The position numbers and the translations under genes are program-made. Below are positions 24,626-38,174 of a DNA stretch of 64,000 nt, in pieces. The first letter of the stretch is position 1. Each line of letters starts with the position of its first letter. Under the pieces are notes generated by a model that had not been told where the DNA came from, made no database searches, and saw only the letters and a program-made list of their open reading frames with translations. The DNA comes from Moniliella sp. 'wahieum' (lineage: Eukaryota): positions 1-64,000 of the forward strand of contig RSEE01000014.1 of the NCBI GenBank assembly GCA_003971905.1, in the 5' to 3' direction.

Positions 24626-25892
24626 ATGAGTTCCTTCCAGGTCGGAGGTCACGCCAATGTCGTAATCCTGCTCCCGGACCACCAGCCCCCGCCCCCCGCC
24701 CCCCCCTCCCTTGCGCCTCTGCCCGCCAGTGGCGACCCCGCCGAGCCGGCCGAACAAGTGGCCGCCGTCTGGGCCGGCCCGCATTGCCAGCGCCGCCTGC
24801 TGAAGCGGACGACGTGGGGCGAGGTTTCGTTCTACGCTGCGTGTCGCAGCCTCGCCGGTGGAGATGCGCCGGCGGCGGAGCATGCGGCCGAGCTGCAGCT
24901 GCCGCAGGCGGCTGTGCCTCCTGCCACGCGCGCCGCGATCGCTGCCTTTGTCGAGCTGCAGCCTTGCTTCTATGGCGCCTATCCTCTCTTTCCCTCCCCC
25001 GCCTATCCTTCTCCCCAAGACGCGGACGTTCGAAATGCCATCCGCCTTTTGGCACGCACTTCCATGGCCGCCTCTGACCCTGAGATGCACAGCTGGAGCA
25101 TGGTCTTGAGCAACGTGGTGGCCGGCATGCAATGGCCCCACACCATCGACATTAAACTGGGCCACATTCTCTTTGACGACGACCGACCTGGCCGGACCAA
25201 GGAGGAGAAAATCAAGCGGATGCTAGCTGCTTCTGCTGCCAGCACCACATCTTCAACTCATGGGGTTCGTTTGACGGGCTTCCAGCATTGGCTCACGCCT
25301 CGCCTCAGCCTGGACCAGATGGGCAGCCAAAATCGCCAGGCCGCCAGGAACGTGTTCTTCATTCGGTCGGCAAGAGCTTTGGCAAAAAGTGGATCATGCG
25401 GGATTCGCAGTGGGACTGCGAATGTTCCTTGGCGGTGCGTCGGCAGAGGACGAGGCTCACTTTAGCTCGGTTACCCAGTCTGGCTCCATGGGGGGCGCCT
25501 GGCCTTCTGACCGTATCCCTGGTTGGATTATTGCTTTGCTTTTGGAGCGATCCATTCTGCCTTCGCTGACGCAGATGGTACGGGTGGTATCGGGGGTGGA
25601 AATGCGGTTTCGCGGATCCAGCTTACTTCTTGCGTACGAAAGCGACCCCGTCCTCCTCCACCGTTGGGCCACTTATCAACTGCAATCGCCCCGACGCAGT
25701 TGGACTGGCCCTCCCATCTCGACCTGCCGCCTGATTGACTTTGCTCACTCTTACTTTGTCCTAGGCCACGGGCCCGACCAAGGTCTCCTTGCCGGCCTTC
25801 ACACCCTCATCACCACCCTCGATACCTTTCTGGCCCACCTACGCACTTCAGGAGCCGACTTGCCCCCTCCGTCAAGCGACCCAGTGCTTTGA
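24626..25892 (+). CDS. Inositol polyphosphate kinase (IPK family, Arg82/IPMK-like), apparent frameshifts
   Basis: QVGGH, PHTIDIKLG (PxxxDxKxG), GVRLTGF, SSLLLAYE and RLIDFAH motifs. Confidence 0.9.
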
Positions 25893-25926
25893 TATCGCTC
25901 AGTACCCAAGCCTTGCTGGGTTGTAA

Positions 25927-27250
25927 TGTACTAACCAGTGCACTAAACATCCGAATACGCTAGACGGTGGAGAATAGCCGATGGAATAAGCAAATGATCG
26001 CCCCGCTATGTGCAGAGGCATTCCCCCACCAGATTAACCACCCCCCAGGCACACGACAACCTCGGATGGTGGCGGGGCCCGTTTGCCACGGCCCGTCCCA
26101 ACGTTGATCGGGGGACGCTGCAGATGAAAACAACGGACAGGCGCTGCAAGAACTTGAGGTGCAAGATAAACGCATGGATCGAGTCATTACCAGCTTCGGC
26201 CGCAATGTGATGCATGAAGCAGGGGCTGCGCACCTGCAGAGCGCCTCGCCCAAACCCGAGGAATGTTGATCAGAGATGGGGGACCAACAGGATGAAAAGC
26301 TGTGCCGCTACTGATTGTCCTTCGGGATATGCTTGGCTGCGGTGCCCGCTTCTCGTTGCGCTTACCGACTCACGATGGGCCCAGAGCGCCACCTCTGTTG
26401 GTGTGGATACTGGACGTGGTTCATATCCTTCTGCGGTGGCCCAAGTGGCTGACATTTCGCCTTGGCCAGACGCAATCGGAGCGCCCACATTCGTGCAGTC
26501 GTTGTCACATCAGCGTCCCCTCAGCAGTCGTGCAAGGCGCCCAAGGAGAGAGGACCTCCTCTGCGCGCTTTGGCCATAGGCAGCAGCACTGGCAAAGGCG
26601 AGGCACGCTTCGCACTCGCCCGCGGCTTCGCCAACCGCGCAAGAAGGCGGCGGCGCACGCAAACCCAGCAGCCCCGCGAGCAACCGCAGTCCACCGCACC
26701 CGCCACGCCGCCCCGAAACAGCGGCTGTCCGCTCGCATCCGCGCGTGGCTCATGGCGGCGGGGGTGGGCATGGCCAACCGGCTGAGGGTCCCCGTTGCGG
26801 CTGACGGGTAACCCCCTGGCTTGACGCGCCGAAGCAGTCGCAATTCATATATTCATCCGGATTCGCTGCGGCCACCCCGCCTATAAGCCTGGCACGGCGC
26901 CCGATTTGATCTCGTCGCGTCTGGGCGGCTTTTGCTTCTTCGCCACCAGCCATCACTTGGGGACCGCTGCAGCACGTCGTGTCCTTCCTCTCGCTGCGCA
27001 CCAAGGCGGATGCGTCACGGGACGCACACTCCTTGCCTCCGCTCCTTGCACCCCATCCTTGTTCATTCAACACCCAAACTGGCATGGAGCGCGGCTGGGT
27101 CAGCGAGGTCGACACGTTGCGTGGTGAATTACAAATCAACCTGAAGGCAGCCCACCCAGGGGGTACCGTAACTTTGATGGGGGTGATGCCCGTACGTGTT
27201 CATACCCTTCTGCTGCAAACCAAGCTACTGACGTTTCACATAGCATGGCG
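25927..27250 (+). pseudogene. Decayed segments of the unidentified gene family
   Basis: 25927-26500 aligns with 23597-23800 and 9955-10520. 26830-27250 aligns with 8625-9080 and 12842-12900. Intron-like segment at 27192-27243. Confidence 0.55.
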
Positions 27251-29068
27251 ACACCCCAAGACCCGGCTGGCCAGAGAGGATGGGGTATGTCTGGTACGTT
27301 CATTCTCCGAACCACCTGTCGGCGTGTAATGCATCAGAACCACACCCTACCGCACTGTTTTTCCCCTGGTCCAGGCCCAAGCTCCAGGAGAACAAGTTGA
27401 GGGCTCGTAGCAGGCTTTCTTGCGGGTCTCCAGTGGGCTGGAAATAGGCGGGAAGCTGGCGGGGGCGGAAGACACGCTGCGAGTAGTGCTTCCAGTGGGC
27501 CGCGGCGCTGGCGATTGTTGCTCGCAGTGGTTAATCCGAGCGATGGAGCAGGCGTGCGTCGCCCGAAGAGAGTTGCAAGCTTTATTACTAGAGTGAACTG
27601 ACGCCCTGGCTGCCAAGCCCAGCAATGGCTGCCTCTTCCCGCCGCTGTTATGAATACCCACGACTCGTCGACATCCATCCATCCGTGGATCTGTCCGACC
27701 CAGTAAATCCTAGTCCGATTGATGCTCACATCCTCCATTCTCCTCCTTCAGCAGGCTGATCTGCCGTCATGGCCCCGTTTCCGTAGTCATTCATCTCTCC
27801 AGTGCCTCTGGCGCGTGGGGCCCCCTCCCCTTCGGTCCGCTTTTTTGGCCCAGCTTTTCCACATGTCCTGCGACAGGCATCGTTTTGCTTCCTACCCTTA
27901 AGCGACTGCTACGCCTCTCCCTGCTCTTGTTTGGTCTCTGCTTTCCCTTCCCCGACGGGCATTAACTCGCCCCCGTATTGGACACAAAAAAGTGTTGCGT
28001 TCGGATGGTTAGTTTGCTTCGCGCCGTGGGGCTTTTTATTCAAGCTGGGAAGAGATTTCAACTGGAAAAGTGTCACATGCCAGTGCTCTTGTTGGGTATT
28101 CTGGCTAAGCCCGCGTGGGAAAAAGAAAATCAACCGGGGCGGGGGAACCGGGGCGGGGAACCGGGGCGGGGAAAGAGAGCATAGGAAGACAGAGTAAGTA
28201 GTAGGAAGATGGGAAAAGTATCCCGACACAGGGTCGGATGCGGTGCCACAGACCGGGGGAGCCACCATCAAAAGAGGGGGGACAACACGCCAGTCCCAAC
28301 TCTCCTGTGGCAACCGCAGGCAGGATGCTTGGGTAAGCTTGGGCACCGGCGATGTGGAGGAGAAGGAGAGAGAAAGAGAAGCTGACAGCTGAGAGGGCTG
28401 AGTTTGAGTGCTGAGGCTGAGGCGGCTGAGCGCTGGGGCCAACTACGGCGGAAGCAGGGTGCGTCACGCGTGACGCGCGTCAAGTTTGATATGACGCTTG
28501 AAACTTGAAGCTGCTGGGAAGCGGAAGCGTGGCACTGCACCGTGCGGGGGCGGCGGGCGGCGCTGGGGAAGAAGACGAGGCTGGCCGGGTGCCGGCGTGC
28601 ACCCTGTCGCGCGCAACACGGGGCAGCCTGAGGCAGCGGACCGCCGCATCGGGCCGACTGGTGCTCGCCCAGCGGCTGTACCGCGTGGCGCTGCGGTGCG
28701 GCGGGCGAGCGTGGGACGGCCCAAAAAAAAGGCAGGCAATGCAGGAACAGCGCACGTGCGGGCAGCCGAGTGCGCAACCCACACCCGCCATCCCACATCC
28801 CCACACCGCCCTCCGCCCAGCATGGGTTGCGTGCTGCGTCTGCCGCCTGCTGCCGCGCGGAACGCTCGGGCGCTCGCATGGCGCAAGTCCGCACCCGCCC
28901 CCCTCCGCCCTCCATCGCCCCACGCCTCCCTTCCCCCCTGCCCCGCCTCCCGCGAATCATCCGCCCACCCGCGCTCCCCTCGTCTCCCCTCGTATCCCTC
29001 TTCCCCCTCGTCTCCCTCTCCCCCTCGCCCCCCCCCCCTTCCCCCACCACCCCCTCCGCGCCCTCGCC

Positions 29069-30643
29069 ATGCCGCCAGCCGCTCCCCCCTCGTCGGCGTG
29101 CCTGAGCCAACCTACAAGGCCCGCCGCGTCCAAGTCGCCATGTCCATCTGGGCCGGCTGGGTGGCCCTGTACTTGCCCCAGGCATACAACCTCGTCATCT
29201 ACCCCATGGCCGCCGCCCTCTTGGCCCTTACCTCCTCGCTCCAGCGCTCCTACGCAACCGCCCACGGTGTCGATCTCCGCTCCTGCGCCGCCGATGTATC
29301 TCTCCCGCCCCGAGCTCCCCGCCCCGCGTCCACCGTGACCACCGCCCCCGCCGCTCACCCACCTCCCGCCCAAGCGACGAGCCTGCTGCGCTCGACTTAC
29401 CAGCGGGGTATGGACGGGTACACGCGTTTTGGGAGCATTGACGAATGCAACCCGGGGGCTCCCGGACAAGCAACCGCTCAGCCCCTCGCCGAACCGTGCC
29501 GCCGGTAGCGTTAGCGCCTCGTCCCAGTCCGAGCCTGCGCCGTCCAAGCTCTCTCCTGCATCGCATTCTCCCACCCTACAGTCCATCCACGCCGCACGCA
29601 ACTTTGTCCAACCCTTCCTCGATGCTGGCGCCCCGCCTCCCTTGCCCGAGTGCTGGGGACACCGTGGCGCCTCGGGCGTGTTCCCGGAGAATACGATGGC
29701 CTCGTTTGAACGTGCGGTTGAAGACGGTTCCGAGGGCATTGAGACGGGTGTGTCATTTTTCTGATTTGTCTTCCTCTCACGTGGGAGCTCCCGAACTAAC
29801 ACGGTACCCACAGATGTGCACATCACCCAGGACAACGTCATTGTCATGTTCCACGATCCCTCGCTCGAACGCACCACCGATGGGCATGGCTTGATTCAGG
29901 ACCAAAACTGGTACGGCGGGTGGAGCTGGTCCGGACAACCAAAACGCCTGTGCAGCAAATCCCTCGGTTTGAGCAACTATGCGACCTGATGATGCGTCCT
30001 AACTGCCGCCACGTCAAGGCAAACATTGACATTAAGCCAGAAAACGATCCGGCACGCCTGTTCCCGCTGATGGGTGAGCTGGTACGCAAGTACCCCAACT
30101 GGGAGACCGATTTGGCCCCACGTATCCTGCTCGGCTTGTGGCATCCCAAGTTTATCCCTTATGCCGTGCAACACGTTCCCGAACTGACGCGCATGCACAT
30201 TGGCGGCAGCCCTCCGTTGCGCGGCAGTACTTTTGGCCGTACGTGAGCGGTTTCAGTATGCAGTTTGCCTCGCTGCTTCCGGCGGAGGGGCAGGCGTTTT
30301 TGCGTGACGCCAAGGCAGCCGGAAAGACAGTGACCGTCTGGACGGTCAACTTGCCCGATGAAATGGTCGAGGCGTCCGGTGGGGAGTGGATGCCGTCTTG
30401 ACGGACAACACGGCCACCTTTCATCGTCTGCGCGAAGATTTGCGGAAGGACTTTGTCGCGACCGAGCGCAAGTACGTCTCGCCGCTCTGGGCCTGGTCCC
30501 GCTGGCGCTACTACTCCTGGCCGGCCTGGGTGTTGCAGACGACGCGACTGGCTGTCCTGGAGATGCGCGCGAAACAGCCGTTTGCCTTTACGCCAGAGCA
30601 GTACGAGACGCTCGAGACGCTCCTGGAAAAAAAGCAAGAGTAA
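29069..30643 (+). CDS. Glycerophosphodiester phosphodiesterase (GDPD, Pgc1-like)
   Basis: WGHRGASGVFPENT, GIET|DVH across intron 29748-29813 (branch ACTAAC), MFHDPSLERTT, NIDIK and VWTVN. The start is uncertain (29069 or 29140). Confidence 0.9.
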
Positions 30644-31193
30644 CGACGACAAAGTAGGACTTAGTCATCTGCCCTTGGAACTCATCGCTTTGGTATCGCC
30701 TCATCTCATTCAATGTACATGTTCATCGGGACTCTCCGGGCCCCGCGGCTGCTCCCCTGTGAGGGGCAGTGTGCCGTGTACCCGACCTGTGCGCGCTGAG
30801 CTCGGCGCCGGCTAGCGACTAGTGGCTGCGAGATATAATGAGTGGCTGCGGCAGATCGATAGGAGGCGCCAGGGAGAACAGCGGGTACGCGGGTACGAAG
30901 CTTACCGGTGAGGTGGCTGGGGGCCGTGCTATGATTGTGGCCACTCGTAAAAAGCCGGCGGAGCGCGGCCGGGGCACGGACCACTGTGGTTATTTATCAC
31001 TAGAAAATCACCGCAGTCTCCACACTGGCGCCCTGGCAGGCGCGGGCATGGGCTCAATGAAGCGAGAAGAGACCGTGCTTGCTGGGCGCGATGGACGCGG
31101 CAGGTTAAAGCGTCGGGTGTTGGCTTGTGGGTCTGCTCCTCTTCCATCCCCCTAACCCCCATCCCCCTCGTGCCCTGCTCTCTGCTTACCAGG

Positions 31194-32833
31194 ATGCCTC
31201 TCGACATCGACGCGGTGCGTGCGCAGTTCCCTGCGATCCAAGCGAACCCCAACTTTGTGTTTTGCGAGAACGCAGGTGGGTCGCAGGTGCTAGGCTCGGT
31301 CGCCGACGGGGTGCGGGACTACCTGTTGGAGACGAGCATCCAGCTCGCCGCCTACCCCTTGGCGCAACAGGCCATCGCATCGATCCAGGATGGCACTGCG
31401 GCAGCAGCTGTGTACGCCGATGCCGAATCGCCCAACTGCATAATGACTGCGGCGTCCTCGACGCAGATGGTGGAGAACCTGTCACGGATGATTGAGGGTA
31501 CGATCATCCGACAACGGCGCGGGCTGTACCAAGGCCCTGAGCCCACGTGGAACGAGGGCGATGAAATCATTGTGTCCCAAGCGGACCACGAGGCGAACCG
31601 GGGCGCATGGCTGCGCTTGGCAGAGCGACAAAAGCTGGTGATCAAGGAATGGCCTATCACGCCTATTCCCAACGAAGCTGAGCGCAACCCGTATGCAGTC
31701 GAGCTTAACGTGGCATCGCTCGAGCCTCTGCTAGGCCCGCGGACTCGTCTCGTCGCCTTCACCGCCTGCTCGAATGTACTGGGTAACTTGACGCCCATCA
31801 AAGCGGCTGCGCAGGCCGTCAAGCGCAAGGCGCCCCAGGCTTACACCATGGTGGATGCCGTAGCGTTTGCCCCACACAAGCGAGTGACTCCGCGGGAATG
31901 GGGCGTGGACATGGTGACCTGGTCCTGGTACAAGGTGTATGGTCCTCATACGGCGAGCATGTACCTATCGCCCGGGTGCGTGGGGCGGTGATGGGCCCGG
32001 CCGATGCGGATGAGAAGGACGCGCTGGTGTATGGCAAGATTCGTACCTCCTCTGCCCTTCTCACCAAGAACAACCACCACTTTCTTCATGGACTCGAAAG
32101 CATGTATTCCTTCCAGCCTTCGAGCCAACAATATGAGTTGGTCGCATCGATCCGGTACGTTTCCGTTTTGATTTACCCTTACTTGGGTTCTGCTGGGGTT
32201 GTACAAACGCGGACACTGACGACGCCGAATATCTATGTGCTGCGTGCTCTGCTAGGGACATTGTAAACTACCTCCTATGGATTGGTCAGTCTGGCAAGAC
32301 GGCAGCGCCGAAGCGAGTGGACTATGCCTCGCTCTATCCTGACGCGGGGGGGGCTGGATACGCGAGTGCCAATGGATCGACGTCCACGGGGGAAGGGGCC
32401 AAGAAGCTGATGGCACTGCAAAACCAGATGAACGAGTCGTATGACGCGATCAAGGAGCAAGAGCGGGGCCTTCTGAGTGAACTGATGGGCTTCCTTACGT
32501 CGGAAAAGATGCGGGCCAAGGGGGTGCGGGTGGTGGGGACTGAGTCGGCGGATCCGAATGTGCGTGCGCCCACGGTGGGCTTTGTGATTGTCGACGCGAC
32601 TGGGCGGGCGGCGGGGGACAGGAGCCAGCGGTTGCAGCAAGTGTTGATTGAGCAGGTGGGCAAGCGGATGGGGCTGCAGCAAGGGCATATGTACGCTTAC
32701 GCTGCTGGTCGCACCGCCACTGTCGATCGCCGAGGCAGACGGGGTGGTGCGCGTGTCGTTTGTGCACTACAACACCATTGGTGAAGTGCGGGAAGTGTGC
32801 CAGGCGATCGAGTCGGCACTGGCCGCACTCTAA
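31194..32833 (+). CDS. PLP-dependent class V aminotransferase, cysteine-desulfurase-like (VC1184-type)
   Basis: DIDAVRAQFPA, ENAGGSQV, DHEAN, VDAVAFAPH, SWYKVYGPH (PLP lysine), QGHMYA and VRVSFVHYNT. Intron 32155-32255. Confidence 0.9.
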
Positions 32834-34578
32834 GGAGCTCAAATGAAAGAGGATCGATCTGCTCACAGCCGACTTGACGACTACTGGCATGCAGTAGTGT
32901 GTGTACATGTAGTAGTTAGAGTATTCTATCTTCCCCAAGCGCCGCCTCGAGCAATAATCGCTTAGGATAAAGCCTCCTTTAGGTGAGAGAGCCAATTCCG
33001 GTGCTGTTCTATTGTGCCACAGTGAATGGTAGTACACCAACATATTAGAGGAGGGTTAGTAGGAGTTAGTATGTACTCGCATAGTAATGGTGGCAGCTAT
33101 ACCCACTGTGCCATACCCCCGTCCTTAGTAGTTTTCATCATCTTGTGCACTGGAAGTTCTTTTTCAGCTCACAGTCCCGTCTCAGCAACTTGATGCACAC
33201 CACCACCACCTCCCAAAAGCCCACCGCCTAGTCACGCGCTCGATGATGGCATGTCAGACGCAGGAACAACGAACATTTGCGTCTTCTCTAACGGTCACGA
33301 TGTAGCCTTGCTGGAAATCGAGAGAGTGAATCGAGAGAGGGGAACCCAAAAATTCTCCGTCACCTGAAACATGGGGTGGGATTCGATAAACAGGTGTATA
33401 GTCCGGAAACGGGAGTTTCTCACCTACGAATCAGTATCCTGCCTTATGCCCATAACAAGCTACTATAATAGTAAGGGGTAAGTATCATAGTAGTGCTCCT
33501 CCAAAATGGAAGAGACCAAAAAGGATATGGGAGCGACTCGGCTATGTGACATGTCACTGGATCAGAGCCTGAGAATATGATGGTCCCGACTTGTGCTGTT
33601 GTGTGCACACTGAACTGAGTCCAAGTAGGCATTTGTATGGTGTCGGCGACAAGAGACCGGGGAGCAATCTCATAGAGGCAAATGTGCATCGGTATGATCT
33701 ATTGGGAGACACCCGTTATGCAATCAACGCCCAGTTCCTACTTGGTCTTCGTTGTGGCGTCTTCGTCGTGGGAGCCGACGCGATAAATTCGGAGGCCTGA
33801 TGAGGAGGGGCAAACGCCCACACTGGTGTGAGTAGACGTTCTTTGCTTTTACCTCATAGGGGCCATTGCCCTAGGGAGGTGGATCTGTTCGATGTTTTGA
33901 CTGCACCCCTTCCCACTTGCTCAGCTACCCATGGCTTGGCGCCGCATCGTCCTTTCCGCACCCTGGGGATCGCCATGGCCGTCATTTGCTTCACACACCA
34001 TGCAGCACATGGGTGTGGCAAGGACCGCCTATTTGCCCGGCCTTGGGGTTGGGCAGGGTTAACCCACCTGGTGCCACAGCAGGGCCAAGACGGGCCTGGC
34101 CGGCCGGCCAGCCGCGGAGGATGTGAAGTGGAGACAGGTGTGGCGCCCCACGCACTGTCCCGCTCTCGCCGCCCGACGCCACAGGATCCCATGCAGCCAG
34201 TGTGTGTGCCTGCCTGCGCCTGCCCCACTGTGCCCCCCCCTGCCCCCCCGGCGGAGCAGAAGCAAAGGCCGCACACTGGCACCACGCCAGCCGCGCACTG
34301 CTCCACTTGCGATCAAGACCCTGGCCGATCAGCTCCACTGCTATGGCGGCCAGCCCAGCCATCATCCATCATCCATCATCCATCGACATCACCCGCCTAG
34401 TTATAGTAATTCGTGCACGGCACACAGGAATCTGCGTTGTGGACAGGGCTGATTATGGTTATCGATTATCATGACCGACGAGTGGTAAGCATTGGGTCAA
34501 CTTGAACCTTCTTCACCGTCTTCTTCATCTTCACCACCTCCGCCTTTCGTCCCTCTTCACCACTTTTTTCTTCCCGGC

Positions 34579-37565
34579 ATGAGTCACCTGCAGCACTACG
34601 CGCCGGGGGGGACTACCAGTCCAATGCGGAAGTCTCTTCATTGTCCAGCGGCCGCGGTTTCCCGCAGCCCGCGGCACCGTACGCTGTGCAGCACCCTCCG
34701 TCGTTCGCGCCGTACAGCAGTCCCAGACGCAGCCCAGATGGCAGTCCTCATCCGTCTCACAGCGTTGCCTCTCTCTCGTCCGTGTATGGCTACCACGGTG
34801 CCTCGTCCGTGATGGGCTATGGCGAGGGCTATGACCACGATGCTCAGCATACACTATCGGAGAAAGATGCCCCGTTGGAGGAGATGGAGTCGATCAAGGC
34901 CCTGGATTACCATCCCCCAGCGCCGCGCCAAGTGTTATACAGGTATGTTTCATCCGATCGCTATTACCCCCTCAGTTATTGGGTTAGTTATTGACTGACG
35001 TCTCCCCTTCATTCCTACCCCGCTGTAGCCTGCGCGATGGACCGATGCCCCACAGCACAGAGTCCAGCACGACGCTTTATGACCAAGGATCGGGTCTTAG
35101 TACGACCGACCTGATCCCAGATGACAGTGCGTCGGAGGTAGAGTCGCAGGTGGCATGGGCACAACGGCAAAACCTGCCCCGGCGGGGGACGACTCGCGGG
35201 TCAAGCTCACCAAAGGGCACTGGATTGTCGAGCACCAGGTGCCTACTGCGATTCTCAACTCGTTTGAGCCTCACTGGACGCAAGGGAATAAGACGTCCGA
35301 GTTTACTCACATGCGCTACACGGCGGCTACGTGTGATCCGGACGATTTTACCAAGGACAAGGGCTGGACGTTACGCGCTTCCGATATGTACGGACGCGAC
35401 ACGGAGCTGTTGATCGCCATCACATATTACAATGAGGACCGCATTTTGGTCGCTCGTACCCTGCATGGCGTGATGCTCAACATTCGCGACATTTGCAAGT
35501 CCAAGTCGTCCAAGTTCTGGCGCCGTTCCGCCGAAGAAGGCCGGCCAGGGTGGCAGCGAATCGTCGTCTCACTTATCTTTGACGGGATTGACCCGTGCGA
35601 CAAGGGGGTGCTGGATTTGATGTCGACAGTGGGTGTGTACCAGGACGGGGTGATGAAACGGGAGGTCGATGGGAAAGAAACGGTTGCGCACATCTTCGAA
35701 TACACCACCCAACTCTCTGTCGATCCCAAACCTTCTCTCGTTCAACCCCATGGCACTGACGAAGCGAACCTTGTTCGGTCCAGATGATTCTCTGCCTCAA
35801 GCAGAAGAATTCCAAAAAGATCAACTCGCACCGCTGGCTTTTCAATGCGTTTGGTCGCCACCTTGAACCAGAGATGTGCATCCTGTTAGATGCAGGGACC
35901 AAGCCAAGCCCCAAAAGTCTGTATTACCTGTGGGAAGCCATGTACAACAATCCTAATCTTGGCGGATGTTGCGGTGAGATTCACGCGATGGTCAAGGGCG
36001 GACGGAAGCTATTGAACCCACTTGTTGCGGCCCAAAATTTTGAGTACAAGATGAGCAATATCCTGGACAAACCACTTGAAAGTGTCTTTGGTTACGTCTC
36101 CGTCCTGCCCGGTGCATTCAGCGCCTACCGTTACCGCGCCATTCAAGATCGTCCCTTGCAGCAATATTTCCATGGCGACCATACGTTGGCCGACCGGTTG
36201 GGAAAGAAAGGCGTGCACGGGATGAATATTTTTACCAAGAATATGTTCTTGGCTGAAGACCGGATCTTGTGTTTCGAGCTGGTCTTCAAGCAGGGGAATC
36301 GTTGGACACTGGGGTATGTCAAAAACGCCAAAGGTGAAACAGACGTGCCAGAGGGCGCAGCCGAGCTGATCAGCCAGCGCCGTCGCTGGCTTAACGGTTC
36401 CTTTGCTGCCTCGGTCTACTCTTTAATCCATTTTCGGAAAGTGTACCAAACGCACCACAACTTCATCCGCATCTTTTCCTTCACATTCAAGCAATTTACA
36501 ACATTGTCGTCCTTTTCATTACTTGGTTTGCACTGGCCAACTACTGGCTCACCTTCTCCATCATCATTGGTTTTCTCCCGGACAACATTCTGCATTCGTC
36601 GAGTGAAACGGTGCTCGCGGGGCTGCACTGGTTCAACCTTGGGTGCGAATGGGTGTATGTTTTTTTCTTGATCCTTCAGTTTGTTCTCGCACTCGGAAAC
36701 CGTCCCAAAGCGGAGGCGCGGCTCTACATTCTTTCCTTCGTTGTCTTTGCTTTTATGAGCACGTACCTCATTGTCGTCTCGCTCTGGCTCACGGTCAATA
36801 TGCTGCAAAATCTCAAGCAGCAGATCGATGGTGCCCACTCGTTTTGGTCGGTCATCATAGCCAATGCGCAATCCACCACGGTGCTGATTGCCAGTTTGAT
36901 CGCTACGATTGGTGTTTATCTCGTTGCTTCACTCATGTATCTCGACCCATGGCACATGATCACCTCCTTCCCTCAGTACATGGCCATTGCCCCAAGCCTG
37001 ATCAACATCCTCAACGTCTACGCCTTTTGCAACCTGCACGATGTGAGTTGGGGCACAAAGGGAGCAGACAAGGCGGATGTGCTGCCGTCAGTGGACACGA
37101 AAAAGGCCATGGCGGTGGATGACGGGGAGTGGAAGAGGTGGTACAAGAACAGAAAGACATTGATGCCACTTTCGCGAGGTGGTACTGCGTGCAGTTGCAC
37201 TTTAGTGATGGAAGAGCACAAGGAAAAGCCGACTATGGACGACAGCAACAGGATGTTCCGCACACGTCTCGTCATTTTTTGGATCTTAAGCAATGGCGCA
37301 CTGACCATCACGATCCAATACCTATCAGGACTGCACTACAACCAAACCGACAAGCAGATGCAAGCGGAAGAGCAAAGAACACAAGGATACTACTTTAAGG
37401 TACGTCTACTTTCTATGTGTCCGTACTACATCCCACTAACATCTGTTTTTACACCTTCTGTAGGCTTTGCTCTGGACTACTTTTGGGATTTCGCTCTTCA
37501 AGTTCTGTGGCTTCTTGGTCTTTTGGGCCACAAGGCTCATCCGGATGCCGTGCCGAAAGTCCTGA
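34579..37565 (+). CDS. Chitin synthase, class III-like
   Basis: [42 protein letters not shown] and HDVSWGTKG. Introns 34943-35028 and 37400-37463. Confidence 0.95.
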
Positions 37566-38174
37566 TCTTCTTCTTGCCTCCTTACACCTCGGGGGGCTAC
37601 ATGCATATGCATGACCTCACCTCGCACCCGTCCCTTTTCGCCCTCGATCACTTTTTCACCCTGCGTCAACAGCCGCTTCACCAACACAATATGGGATGCC
37701 CCCTTCTTCTGCACTGGGCGGCATCATGCCCTCTGTCTCCTTCTAGCTCTTCCACCCCCTCTGCCTTGTCCACACATTCGTTCTTTCGCTTACTCGCTCT
37801 CTCATCACATCCACACGCTCGTACTAGTGCATACCTCGCACCCTCCCACTCCTTCACAATCGCCGCACACATCACCTCAATTGTCACGCGGAAAACAACT
37901 TCCCAGCGCAGACCGAGAAGTCATGCTTAACGTTCAACACTCTCATCAGCGCTCCGCGCTCACTCTCGCACACCCGACCCCATTTCCTCCCCTCCTTCCG
38001 GCTCTTTTCGACCCCTGTCCCTTACCTGGCTCCGTCTCTCTTTTCAATGTTCCTGGCTGTCGATCCCCTGGTTTACCAAAACAAAACATAATTGACGCTG
38101 TTTTCAGTTCTTGTGCATTCTTTTGCGGTCCTGAGGTTGCCTTGCCCCCCCCTTCTCTGTCGCTCTCTCCGCAT

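Noticed and set aside
3850..27250. Telomeric (TTAGGG)n targets beside the CRE copies, as for Cnl1/MoTeR
   Set aside because: Only isolated ACCCTA-like hexamers were seen, with no arrays.
30650..30720. F-box-like peptide LSHLPLELIALVSPHL just after the GDPD stop
   Set aside because: No start codon or continuing ORF; chance or a tiny remnant.
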